From NCBI GenBank assembly GCA_016214655.1, contig JACROC010000007.1:130647-194646 (forward strand): a stretch of DNA of 64,000 nt, given 5' to 3'. The translations under genes were made by a program, and so were the position numbers. Shown here piece after piece: positions 1-8,386 of the stretch (positions are counted from its first letter, which is position 1; every line of letters starts with the position of its first letter). Below the pieces are notes generated by a model, which searched no databases, had not been told where the DNA came from, and was given only the letters and a program-made list of their open reading frames with translations. This stretch comes from Candidatus Harrisonbacteria bacterium (GTDB lineage: Bacteria > Patescibacteriota > Minisyncoccia > UBA6257 > 02-FULL-45-10c).

Positions 1-685
1 GATCATTTTCATAATTAACGATTGATTTTAAGATATTTCTTTTAACGGTTAAAAGCTCAATTTGTTTTTTGTGGATTGTTAATAGAGCGGGCGGAACGGG
101 TAGACTATAGATTTGATTTATGATGTCGGTGTAAATACCGGTGACGGCAATAAAATCATTTAAATTTAGTTCTTCAGAAAAGAACGTAAGAGGGATTTTA
201 TCCGCTCCGGCATTTACTATTTTTTGTAAATTTTGAAAATAGGTATTAAGTGCCGTTTTGTCATCCTCTTTAGAAATTTTTAAATCACTGTCTTTAACAA
301 CTGGCCTCAGGCTTTTCGGATCGAATTTTTGTGCCGCTTCTATTAGCAGGTTTTGCGATAACTCTTCCGGATCCGGGAGGTTAATTTTGTTTTGGCCGTT
401 GATATTCGGGCTGCCTCTGGGGTTAGTTTCTTGAATATTGCCGGCTATCCCTTTAATGAAGGATTCGGTAAAATTTTCTTTGGCTGCTGCGGACAAACTT
501 GACCGGTTATTTTCGGGTGAGGGCGTTTCTAAAAATGGCTTATTGGATACAAGGTTGTTCTGAGGCGACTTATTTTCTGGTGTTTGCGCTATTTTTGTTT
601 CGGTAGAAAGAGAATTTTCTAAAACAAAAAGAAACCCGGCGATAGCGAGTCCGATTATCGCGGAAGCCGTGAATTTTTTGATCAT
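1..685 (-). CDS. Hypothetical membrane-anchored or secreted protein. 5' end at ATG 685..683, 3' end runs off the window.
   Basis: Reverse-strand frame is open from the ATG (MIKKFTASAIIGLAIAGFLFVL...) to position 1 with no stop. N-terminal hydrophobic helix. Absent from the ORF table, consistent with an edge-truncated ORF. Confidence 0.45.
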   Translation of the reverse strand, partial: MIKKFTASAIIGLAIAGFLFVLENSLSTETKIAQTPENKSPQNNLVSNKPFLETPSPENNRSSLSAAAKENFTESFIKGIAGNIQETNPRGSPNINGQNKINLPDPEELSQNLLIEAAQKFDPKSLRPVVKDSDLKISKEDDKTALNTYFQNLQKIVNAGADKIPLTFFSEELNLNDFIAVTGIYTDIINQIYSLPVPPALLTIHKKQIELLTVKRNILKSIVNYEND

Positions 686-859
686 TTTTGTACGAGATTT
701 AGCCGGATTGTTGGCTAGATGCATACTCTATTATTATATAGGGTTTTAAGGAGGGGGTACAAATCTAAGGGTGAATAACTGCGGGCTATATAGATAATGT
801 GAAACTATGAATTTATGCGAATGCTGCGAATCTATTTTGTAAGGTGGATAAGCTGTGGA

Positions 860-1645
860 TTAAAACTGGATAAATTTAGCCATTTTCTCTATCTTCTCCA
901 GGCTTAGATCTTGCGGCCTGGATTTCGGGTCAACATTTAGAGGTTTTAGGATATTTTCTGTTTCGATGGCTGATAGATTTAACCCAGTTTTAAGGTTATT
1001 TAAGAGGGTTTTACGGGGTTGTTTGAAGATGATATGAAGCAATTTGTAATAAGTTTTAGGGTTTAGGGTATAGGGTTTAGGGTTGAGTTTTATTACAGCA
1101 GAGTCTATTTTGGGCGGCGGGCGGAAGTCTTTTGGTTTAAGGGTAAAAAGGATTTTTGGTTCTGCCCAGAATTGAACAGTTGCCGCTAATAGGTTCATCC
1201 GCGGCGGTTTTGCAACTATTCTTTCCGCTACCTCTTTTTGAATCATTAAAACAGTTAATTCGGGTTTATTTTCCAGTTCGCTTAGGGTCCGTAAAAGTTT
1301 TCCGGTGATGTAGTAAGGAATGTTGCCCACGACTTTGTAGGGTATAGGGTTTAGCGTATAGGGTTTAGTGATTTTAGGAATTTCTTTTAAAGCATCCCCG
1401 ATTATGATTTTTAAATTTTTGCTATCCCCTAACCCCTCGACCCTAGACCCTAATTGGGGGTCTTTCTCAATCCCGATAACTTTGCAATTTAATTTTCCGC
1501 ATTCTTTCAGGAGCGGAAAGGTTAAGGCGCCTTCTCCGGGGCCGATTTCAATAACTATCTCATTGGGTCCCAAACCTAGGGCCGCCACTATTTTTTTAAT
1601 GGCGGCTTTGTTTACAAGGAAATGCTGACCAAGCCGCTTATTCAT
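860..1645 (-). CDS. rsmA: 16S rRNA (adenine1518/1519-N6)-dimethyltransferase RsmA/KsgA
   Basis: QHFLVN motif near the N-terminus, SAM-binding IEIGPGEGALT, NIPYYIT (NLPY-type) motif. Start placed at the ATG that overlaps the helicase stop (TAATG); the alternative upstream start is at 1675. Contains PYTLNP peptide insertions encoded by GGGTTTA-type repeats. Confidence 0.85.
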   Translation of the reverse strand: MNKRLGQHFLVNKAAIKKIVAALGLGPNEIVIEIGPGEGALTFPLLKECGKLNCKVIGIEKDPQLGSRVEGLGDSKNLKIIIGDALKEIPKITKPYTLNPIPYKVVGNIPYYITGKLLRTLSELENKPELTVLMIQKEVAERIVAKPPRMNLLAATVQFWAEPKILFTLKPKDFRPPPKIDSAVIKLNPKPYTLNPKTYYKLLHIIFKQPRKTLLNNLKTGLNLSAIETENILKPLNVDPKSRPQDLSLEKIEKMAKFIQF

Positions 1646-3453
1646 TATTCTATATAAATTGTTTCGTCGTCCCAATCTTTTATCTCTTCACCATAACTTG
1701 ATATTTGCTTGAACTCAATCAGTTCCGGCGGCAGTTCGCCCAAGAATCTGGATGGGAGATCGTAAAAACTGATATGAAGATTATATTTGGCGCGGGTCAT
1801 GGCAACGTACATTAGCCGGCGTTCTTCTTCCAGTTCATCGGCTTTCAACATCGACCTCTCGTGCGGCAGTAACCCGTCGTTCGCGCCAACGATAAATATG
1901 TGGTCAAATTCCAGCCCCTTGGCAAGGTGAATGGTCATCAATTTAATTGCATTTTCTTCTAACTTTGGCCGGCCATCTAAGCTGGACATTAAAGCAACTT
2001 GTTCCAGGAATTCGTGAGCGTCCTGGAAGGTGGCCGCAAAATTAATTAATTCTTTAATGTTTTCCTGGCGTTCCTCTGGGTTTTTAAAATTTTTCTCTAA
2101 ATATTCTAAATAATCCGTATTTTCTAAGAAATAATTAATCAATTGGACTAGCGACAATTCATTGCTGAGGCGCGGCAGGTTTTCCAATAGGACCGCGTTT
2201 TTTGACCGGTTGAAATTTTTGGCCAGGCGTTCAATGCTGGCGGCATCATTCGGGTTAAAGGCGTAGCGGAGGCCGGCAATAATATCTTTAATTTCCTTGC
2301 GTGCGTAAAATTTCAATCCCCCGAAAATTTCATAAGGTATCCGGCTTTGGATTAACGTTTGTTCAATGGCGCGCGATTGCGCGTTGGTCCGGTAAAGAAT
2401 AGCGATATTTTTAAGCGATTCCCCGTTTTTCAATATTTCCGAAATTTTTTCCGCAATGCCCCAGGCCTCTTCTTCGTTATTCTGATAAGCTGTCAGATAA
2501 ATCGGCGAACCCTCCTGATTGTTGGTCCAAAGGGCTTTGGGTTTTTGGAATTTGTTATTCTTGATCAATTCAGAGGCGGCGCGGATGATGTTTTTGGTGG
2601 AGCGGTAATTTTCTTCCAGTTTAATAATGGCGGCGTTTTGCCAATCTTTTTCAAAGTTCAGGAAATTCCGGAAATCCGATCCCCTGAATGCGTAAATACT
2701 CTGCGCATCGTCGCCGATAACAAAAAGATTTTTATGTTTTTGCGCCAGCAGTTTTATTAAGAGATACTGGCTGGTATTTACGTCCTGGTATTCATCCACC
2801 AGAATTTGCTGCCAAGAGTTCTGATATTTTTCTAGCATTGCGGGATGAGTCTGGAAAATTTTAACCACTTTCTCAATCAGATCATCAAAATCAAAAGCAT
2901 TGCTTTTTTTAAGCAACTCCCCATATTTTTGGAAAACCGCCAGTATAATCTGTTCATAGCGGTCTCCGGATCCCAGTTCTCCGGCATCCAGAAGCTCATT
3001 TTTTATTTTGGAAATTTTGGCCATTACAGCAAGGGGATTAAATCGATCCTTAGATAGATTCATTTCCTCTAGAATTTTTTTAACCAGACTCAGGGAATCA
3101 TCCTCGTCAAAGATGGTAAAATTTCTCGTTCGTCCGACCAGTTTAGCCTCTTGTTTTAAAATTTGGACACCCAGGGAATGAAAAGTACCGATGAATGGCA
3201 TTCCATTATTCATTATTCCTGATTCATTATTCATAATTCTTGATTTCATTTCTTTCGCCGCCTTATTAGTAAATGTAACCGCAACGATATTTTCTGGTTT
3301 GATTCCGGATTTGAGTAAATATATCAGGCGGCTGGTCAGGGTCCGGGTTTTGCCGGAGCCGGCTCCGGCGGCAATTAAAAGAGGACCATTTCCGTGCGTG
3401 ACGGCTTTTCGCTGTACCTCGTTTAAATCTTTAAATAGATTTTTATCGGACAT
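1645..3453 (-). CDS. UvrD/PcrA/Rep-family ATP-dependent DNA helicase
   Basis: Walker A AAGAGSGKTRTLTSR, DEYQD motif (VDEYQDVN), helicase C-terminal motifs (VAMTRAK). Confidence 0.85.
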   Translation of the reverse strand: MSDKNLFKDLNEVQRKAVTHGNGPLLIAAGAGSGKTRTLTSRLIYLLKSGIKPENIVAVTFTNKAAKEMKSRIMNNESGIMNNGMPFIGTFHSLGVQILKQEAKLVGRTRNFTIFDEDDSLSLVKKILEEMNLSKDRFNPLAVMAKISKIKNELLDAGELGSGDRYEQIILAVFQKYGELLKKSNAFDFDDLIEKVVKIFQTHPAMLEKYQNSWQQILVDEYQDVNTSQYLLIKLLAQKHKNLFVIGDDAQSIYAFRGSDFRNFLNFEKDWQNAAIIKLEENYRSTKNIIRAASELIKNNKFQKPKALWTNNQEGSPIYLTAYQNNEEEAWGIAEKISEILKNGESLKNIAILYRTNAQSRAIEQTLIQSRIPYEIFGGLKFYARKEIKDIIAGLRYAFNPNDAASIERLAKNFNRSKNAVLLENLPRLSNELSLVQLINYFLENTDYLEYLEKNFKNPEERQENIKELINFAATFQDAHEFLEQVALMSSLDGRPKLEENAIKLMTIHLAKGLEFDHIFIVGANDGLLPHERSMLKADELEEERRLMYVAMTRAKYNLHISFYDLPSRFLGELPPELIEFKQISSYGEEIKDWDDETIYIE

Positions 3454-3658
3454 AGTTAAGTTCTAAGCACTAAACTCTAAACAATATTAAAATTCAAAGT
3501 ATCAAAATCTAAAACGTTTTATATTTAATATTTTAGATATTTGGATTTATTTAGGATTTAGATATTAGAGTTTTGGATTTTATAGCATAAAAGGAATTTT
3601 TATGCTATGTTAATGTATTATTACTATTCTAAGCAACCAACTTAATAGGATAAAGATC

Positions 3659-4690
3659 TTGTTACTGGATTTCTTGAAAGATTGGACAACCGCGATGACG
3701 GTTGTTTTTATTGCGGCCATGTCTGTATTTAATGTACTCTTTCTGGCTTACCTTAATCAATCCGGGGGATCGCCGAAAGATTTTTTAAGCAGGTCGCTGG
3801 ATTTTTGGGGCGCCGATTTTTTACAGGAAGTTTCTATTTATTCCGGTTTTGCCTCGGCTGAGGGCATAGGTTCGGTGGATATTGGTTTCGCTCCCGAAGG
3901 AAGAGAGACCAGATTTATTATTGTTGATAGCGCGGCGCTTTTAAATACCAATAATCCGATTAGTAATGTAGTGCCGACCCGTGAGGGCCTGATGATTTAT
4001 AAAGTCCAAAAAGGCGACAATCTTTCCAAGATTGCGGCTAATTTCGGAATTTCTTTAAATACCATTTTATGGGCGAATGAAAATTTGAAATCCCAATTAT
4101 TGCAGGCCGGGCAAGAGATTGTGATTTTGCCAGTGACCGGCGTACTGCACCGGGTTCAGGATGAAGAAACTTTGGAATCCATCTCCAATCAATATAATGT
4201 CCCGATTGAAAGAATTTTAAATGCCAATCCGACTTTGATACCGGCGAAACTTTCAGCCGGATTTACGATTATTATTCCAGATACCCGTCCGATGCGGAGC
4301 AGCCGGTTGGCGGGAGTTTCCAGTTTGCCGAGTATTCCGGGATATTTTTCCATACCGACTACCGGCTGGAATTGGGGGCAGCTGCATAATAATAACGCGG
4401 TGGACATTGCCAATGCCTGCGGTACGCCGATTTACGCGGCGGCCGAAGGTTTGGTGGTGGAGGCAGCCAGCGGCTGGAACGATGGATATGGAAACTATAT
4501 TTTAATTGAGCATCCGAATAATACCCAGACTAAATATGCGCATAATTCTAAAAATTTAGTTGCAGTCGGAGATTATGTGGTAAAAGGAGATTCAATTGCG
4601 ATTATTGGAAATACCGGCTTAACTCACGGACCAACCGGGTGCCATTTACACTTCGAAGTAAAAGGCGCCAGAAATCCCTTTGTTAAGTAA
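3659..4690 (+). CDS. LysM-domain M23 family metallopeptidase (peptidoglycan hydrolase)
   Basis: Two LysM-like segments (YKVQKGDNLSKIAANFGISLNTILWAN; HRVQDEETLESISNQYNVPIERIL). C-terminal M23 signature HLHFEV. N-terminal membrane helix. Start uncertain: TTG at 3659 or ATG at 3692. Confidence 0.75.
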   Translation: MLLDFLKDWTTAMTVVFIAAMSVFNVLFLAYLNQSGGSPKDFLSRSLDFWGADFLQEVSIYSGFASAEGIGSVDIGFAPEGRETRFIIVDSAALLNTNNPISNVVPTREGLMIYKVQKGDNLSKIAANFGISLNTILWANENLKSQLLQAGQEIVILPVTGVLHRVQDEETLESISNQYNVPIERILNANPTLIPAKLSAGFTIIIPDTRPMRSSRLAGVSSLPSIPGYFSIPTTGWNWGQLHNNNAVDIANACGTPIYAAAEGLVVEAASGWNDGYGNYILIEHPNNTQTKYAHNSKNLVAVGDYVVKGDSIAIIGNTGLTHGPTGCHLHFEVKGARNPFVK

Positions 4691-4696
4691 AATTTT

Positions 4697-4745
4697 ATTT
4701 AATTAAAAAAAGAAGGCCCCATTGCGCACGCGCGCCTTGGGGCCT
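4697..4745. terminator. Bidirectional intrinsic terminator between convergent genes
   Basis: GC hairpin aaggcccca...tggggcctt flanked by an A-run and T-run, between the M23 gene (+) and the MBL gene (-). Confidence 0.6.
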
Positions 4746-4750
4746 TTGAA

Positions 4751-6214
4751 TTATAGCTTAATCTTCTGCATGTGTTTGCCGTGAAAGACCGGGATATTCT
4801 GGTTCAGAGCCTGAACTCTTCGCTGGAATCCGGCGACGTTTTCCGCGTCGCCGTGATGAGCGATTATCGCTTCTACCAGGCAGAGCTCGCTCAGAAGTCG
4901 GACGCGCTCCACTAGTTTGTCGGCGGTGTCATGACCGGAAAGGCCGAACCGATAAACTTCGCAGCTCACCGGAACCGGCTTATCCACCTCTCGGCGCTTT
5001 TCTGAATCCCAAGTCCGTAACTTGACGGTGTCGCCCTTCTTCACTTTCAGCACAGCTTCGCCAATGCTGCCGGGGAACATGTAGCCAGTGAAGACTACCA
5101 GTCCCTTGCGATTCGGCAGAATATGCTCAGCGTGCTTGACGCTCATCCCTTTATCCATCATGGCAGAAGAGCTGATGATCGGCGAATAATTGATTCCGCA
5201 ACAGCTTCCTGAATCAGTTGCCAGACGGTGGCTTGCTTCGAGCTGATGCTCTTCAGGCAAGCTGTTCTTGTCCAGTTTCCGGTACAGGATCGCCATTTTA
5301 TTTTCGATCAGCTGATCAATTTCCAGCTTGATATCCTGTTCGCACCAGCGATAAGTATCTTGGGAATGAAGCAGGCAGAATTCCCGAGCCATTCCATCGA
5401 TATGCGTCGCGATGCCAAGGTCGCTCAGTTCCTTGACCAGGTTCGGGGCTCGGTCGGAAAATGAAGGCAGGAGGATTTGGTGCCGCTCCTGAATCATTTT
5501 CTTTACGAATCCGCCGAACTCTGACCAGAGCTCATTAAATGACTTTGGCATTTCGCGGTCGCCATAAGTTGCTTCCGTAATCATGACGATCTGCTTGCCA
5601 TCCAGGCGATTTCCGAAGAATTCGCGCGGAGGAAGCATTACGCCTTTGATGATCGGCTGGTCATGCGAACAGATGTCGCCGGTGATGAAATAAGCCGGGC
5701 CTTCCGGCGGAATGATGAAAATCATCATTGCTCCGCGTGTATGGCCGGCAGAATAAAATCCAAATGACCAGCCGGGCCAGATTTCGTACCAGCCAGGCTT
5801 GCCGATCGGATTGGTTCTTTGGAATAAATTCAAGATATCAGTTTGCGAATAAACGAATGGAGTCGGAGAGCCGCCGGCGCGCCGGACAGCTTTCTGCTCT
5901 GTTTCATAGATTTTCAGAGAATCTTTCAGCATGATTTCCGCGCCCATTGCCGTCGGCCGGGTCATGACGACCATAGCTTTGGGATTGTTGTGGACCAATG
6001 CCGGAAGATTTCCAGAGTGGTCCAGATGATGATGACTAAGCAGAATGAGATCGAGCTTGCCATCGTATTCGGTTTTGGCTGGGAAATAATTTCCGCCTAA
6101 TTTTGCATCGCGGATTCCCATTCCGGAATCAATCGCGATATATTTACCGCAGATATACTGAATATGCCCCGTTGCTCCCGGAGTTATCAACTGTTCGCCT
6201 GCCTGTATGTACAC
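4751..6214 (-). CDS. beta-CASP family MBL-fold nuclease (CPSF73/RNase J-like)
   Basis: MBL motifs HHHLDHSG (HxHxDH), SAGHTRGA, ITGDICS. beta-CASP motifs TEATYGD (A), LSGHDTA (B), IAHHGD (C). GTG start preceded by GGAGG. GC about 50% by eye, well above its neighbours. Confidence 0.7.
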   Translation of the reverse strand: MYIQAGEQLITPGATGHIQYICGKYIAIDSGMGIRDAKLGGNYFPAKTEYDGKLDLILLSHHHLDHSGNLPALVHNNPKAMVVMTRPTAMGAEIMLKDSLKIYETEQKAVRRAGGSPTPFVYSQTDILNLFQRTNPIGKPGWYEIWPGWSFGFYSAGHTRGAMMIFIIPPEGPAYFITGDICSHDQPIIKGVMLPPREFFGNRLDGKQIVMITEATYGDREMPKSFNELWSEFGGFVKKMIQERHQILLPSFSDRAPNLVKELSDLGIATHIDGMAREFCLLHSQDTYRWCEQDIKLEIDQLIENKMAILYRKLDKNSLPEEHQLEASHRLATDSGSCCGINYSPIISSSAMMDKGMSVKHAEHILPNRKGLVVFTGYMFPGSIGEAVLKVKKGDTVKLRTWDSEKRREVDKPVPVSCEVYRFGLSGHDTADKLVERVRLLSELCLVEAIIAHHGDAENVAGFQRRVQALNQNIPVFHGKHMQKIKL

Positions 6215-6447
6215 CTTGCCCTCCTTTTGTTCTTTTTACAAAGAACTCATCCCTCACTTCTATAGAACCAATCGGTCCTTAATTCTTTATATCCACTTTT
6301 ATAAATAGTGACTTTCTTACTTGGTCAACATATTCACAACTTTTTCCAAATTTATAAAAGTGAGGGATAAATTCTCTGTTTTTAGTTTTAAAAAATGAGC
6401 CCAGGGCCCGTGCATCCTTCCGGATGCACGGGCTCCCGGGCTTACTG

Positions 6448-7245
6448 TTAGCGGCGGTTGCCGCCCTTCTTCTTGCTGCCCGTTCCCGTCTGGGAGGCGG
6501 GAACCGCGGCAGGCACGGCTGGCGCCGGCGTCACGGCAGGCGTCGCGCTCGCGACGCTTTCCTTGAGCTGGTCCGCCGCTCCCGCAGGGAGCATCTGACC
6601 CAGCGTCACCGGTTTCGGACCACTGGCCCGCTCCTCGAGCCAGTCCCGAGGCGTCGCATCCTTCAGCTCGCGGTACAGCTTGCGGAACGACCCCGTGCTG
6701 AGCTGGACCGCCGGGGAGTTCTTCTTGTCGCCCCGGAACCGAACTTCCTTGTCCAGCCGTTCGAGGACGTCTTTCACGGCTCTCGCGTTCAGCCCGTGCT
6801 CGGGCTTGTAGTGGACCGCCGCCGCCGCGGGGATGAACTTCACCGTGGTGCGGATGCGCGAGTTGACGATCTTCATTCGATCGTCCTGGCACTCCTCCTC
6901 GGTCTTGAGGATGAAGGCGTGCTTCAGGGCGATGAGGCCGCGGGAGTACCGGTCCGAGAACTCCTTGTCCCACTGCCGCTTACCCTCTTCCCCGCTCATT
7001 GCGAGGATGAAGCCCACCTTCTGCATGTGCGAGGAGCACTCTCGGGCCTGGTCCGGCGTCCAGACGGAGACCGCCGTGCGCAGCTTGTCCGCTGCCGTGT
7101 CGTTCGCCTCACTGAGTGCGCCGAGCTCGGCTACGGGCTTGTTCTCCCGCTTGGCCTTGGCCAGGGCGCTGTACGCATCCGAGGCCGCCAGCGCGAGGTC
7201 GATCACCGCACGGTACTTCTGTTCCAGCTCCATCATTTTGTCCAT
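6448..7245 (-). CDS. Hypothetical protein in a very GC-rich segment, with an Ala/Pro-rich, Lys-rich C-terminal tail
   Basis: Chosen among many overlapping shadow ORFs in this roughly 66% GC segment because it is the longest frame and has an AAGGAG RBS 8 nt upstream of the ATG. No recognisable domain. Confidence 0.5.
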   Translation of the reverse strand: MDKMMELEQKYRAVIDLALAASDAYSALAKAKRENKPVAELGALSEANDTAADKLRTAVSVWTPDQARECSSHMQKVGFILAMSGEEGKRQWDKEFSDRYSRGLIALKHAFILKTEEECQDDRMKIVNSRIRTTVKFIPAAAAVHYKPEHGLNARAVKDVLERLDKEVRFRGDKKNSPAVQLSTGSFRKLYRELKDATPRDWLEERASGPKPVTLGQMLPAGAADQLKESVASATPAVTPAPAVPAAVPASQTGTGSKKKGGNRR

Positions 7246-7331
7246 GGTCTTCTTCTCCTTCCCCTTCTGGGGAAACGATCTGCTTTTTGATGTTGTACAA
7301 GGTACTGACTTTCGTAATTAAATACTAGCAT

Positions 7332-7380
7332 AAAAAAAGACCCTTGTCAATACCCTTTTTGGGGTTTAGTGACAAGGGTC
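7332..7380 (-). terminator. Intrinsic terminator for the 7391..8071 gene
   Basis: 11-bp stem gacccttgtca/tgacaagggtc followed, on the minus strand, by a T-run. Confidence 0.6.
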
Positions 7381-7390
7381 CATGGATGGA

Positions 7391-8071
7391 TTATCGCGGA
7401 AAAGTGGGGAAATTATTAAGTTCCGGCGGCACATTGCCGGCGCTGACCAGACTTACCGTGATGATTCCGCAGCTGCTTTCCAGTGCGGCGTCGATTTTGA
7501 GATATCCGAATTCTAAATTCTTTTCTGAAGGAACCACATTTAATCGGTATTTTACATAAAGCGGATTCCAGACCTCGGTTCTGGAAAAGAAATCCAGGTT
7601 TATGTAGCCAATCGGACTCTTCGGATCTTCGTCTTGGTGCTTGATGAAAAACGGACCATTCTCCGGATATTCCGGGAAAATCGTGAAGCGCTGACAGACT
7701 AATCCTTGAACGGATGCATCCGGCGTTTGCTTGAGATTGAGGCGCTGGAAAAGTTTGGTCAGGCCATCAGGCAACGCCGAGAAAGTGATGCGGAGCGTTG
7801 CACTTGAATTTAAAAGAAAAATTTCTTTTAAGAGGTCGGGATTGTTGGCTTCAGCAGTATGGACTAAGCTAACGGTTTGTGCTGTCGGATGTCCGGGAAT
7901 TCTCAACATGAAATGATCCCGAAGAGCCGGAGTTTCAGCAAAGAGCTTTCCGTAATCCCCGCCTAGGTAGGCGGAAAGTTCGTCCCTTCGGACCGTGGTT
8001 TCCAGGCCGACGCTCAATCCTCCTCCGAGAATGCCGGTGAAGCGAGTCAACTGCTTGACGGTGGTTTTCAC
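7391..8071 (-). CDS. Hypothetical protein, first gene of the GC-anomalous island
   Basis: 226-aa ORF. GTG start with GGAGG 5 nt upstream. No recognisable domain. Confidence 0.5.
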   Translation of the reverse strand: MKTTVKQLTRFTGILGGGLSVGLETTVRRDELSAYLGGDYGKLFAETPALRDHFMLRIPGHPTAQTVSLVHTAEANNPDLLKEIFLLNSSATLRITFSALPDGLTKLFQRLNLKQTPDASVQGLVCQRFTIFPEYPENGPFFIKHQDEDPKSPIGYINLDFFSRTEVWNPLYVKYRLNVVPSEKNLEFGYLKIDAALESSCGIITVSLVSAGNVPPELNNFPTFPR

Positions 8072-8146
8072 ATTTTCCTCCTTTTTACGGATTTTCGAAG
8101 AACTTGAGTCTGGCTATAGTATATAACAAAATTGGTTAATTGTAAA

Positions 8147-8295
8147 GAGCTCACTACCTATCTGTCTACCGGCACCGGAGTCCGTCCCGTCCAGCGCGGG
8201 ACGGCTCCTACGCCTCACCCCGAAAATTTTCGTTTCGCGAAAAACCAATCTTTTCGGGGTTCCGTAGTTGCCGCACGACAGATAGGTAGTTCACC
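8147..8295. repeat. Structured palindromic intergenic element, copy A (multi-hairpin; ends are inverted complements ACTACCTATCTGTC / GACAGATAGGTAGT)
   Basis: About 75% identical to copy B at 33813-33955. Differences between the copies are compensatory inside the hairpins (gtcccg..cgggac versus gccgac..gtcggc). Confidence 0.7.
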
Positions 8296-8334
8296 TTTAA
8301 ATTTGTTTGGGGGTAAGGGTGAATTCCGCTCAAT

Positions 8335-8362
8335 AAAAAATCCGCATACACGTGTATGCGGA
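8335..8362 (-). terminator. Intrinsic terminator of the flotillin-like gene
   Basis: Perfect palindrome tccgcatacacgtgtatgcgga followed, on the minus strand, by a T-run. Confidence 0.65.
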
Positions 8363-8386
8363 ATAGTTAATTACTAAAGTACTAAT

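Noticed and set aside
1041-1090. True telomeric repeats or a linear-replicon end
   Set aside because: The GGGTTTA runs are short, in-frame inside the rsmA coding sequence and internal to the contig. They are a coding microsatellite, not a telomere.
1368-1628. ORF 1368..1628(+) and other antisense ORFs inside rsmA, the helicase, pnp, gyrA and the giant gene (for example 2359..2760, 14625..15056, 25080..25352, 42824..43246)
   Set aside because: They lie fully inside well-supported genes on the opposite strand, lack RBSs and give low-complexity translations. They are antisense artefacts.
3454-3658. AT-rich divergent intergenic region with ggattt and tagat mini-repeats, a possible repeat element
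   Set aside because: It is a short, low-complexity AT-rich divergent promoter region with no copy elsewhere in the window and no defined structure.
6317-7328. Multiple long ORFs on both strands (6424..7290 +, 6317..6973 -, 6833..7321 +, 7109..7300 -, 7116..7328 +) overlapping the 6448..7245 gene
   Set aside because: Long shadow ORFs are expected in about 66% GC DNA. Only 6448..7245(-) has a properly spaced AAGGAG RBS and is co-directional with the neighbouring island genes. The others are Arg/Pro/Gly-rich low-complexity translations.
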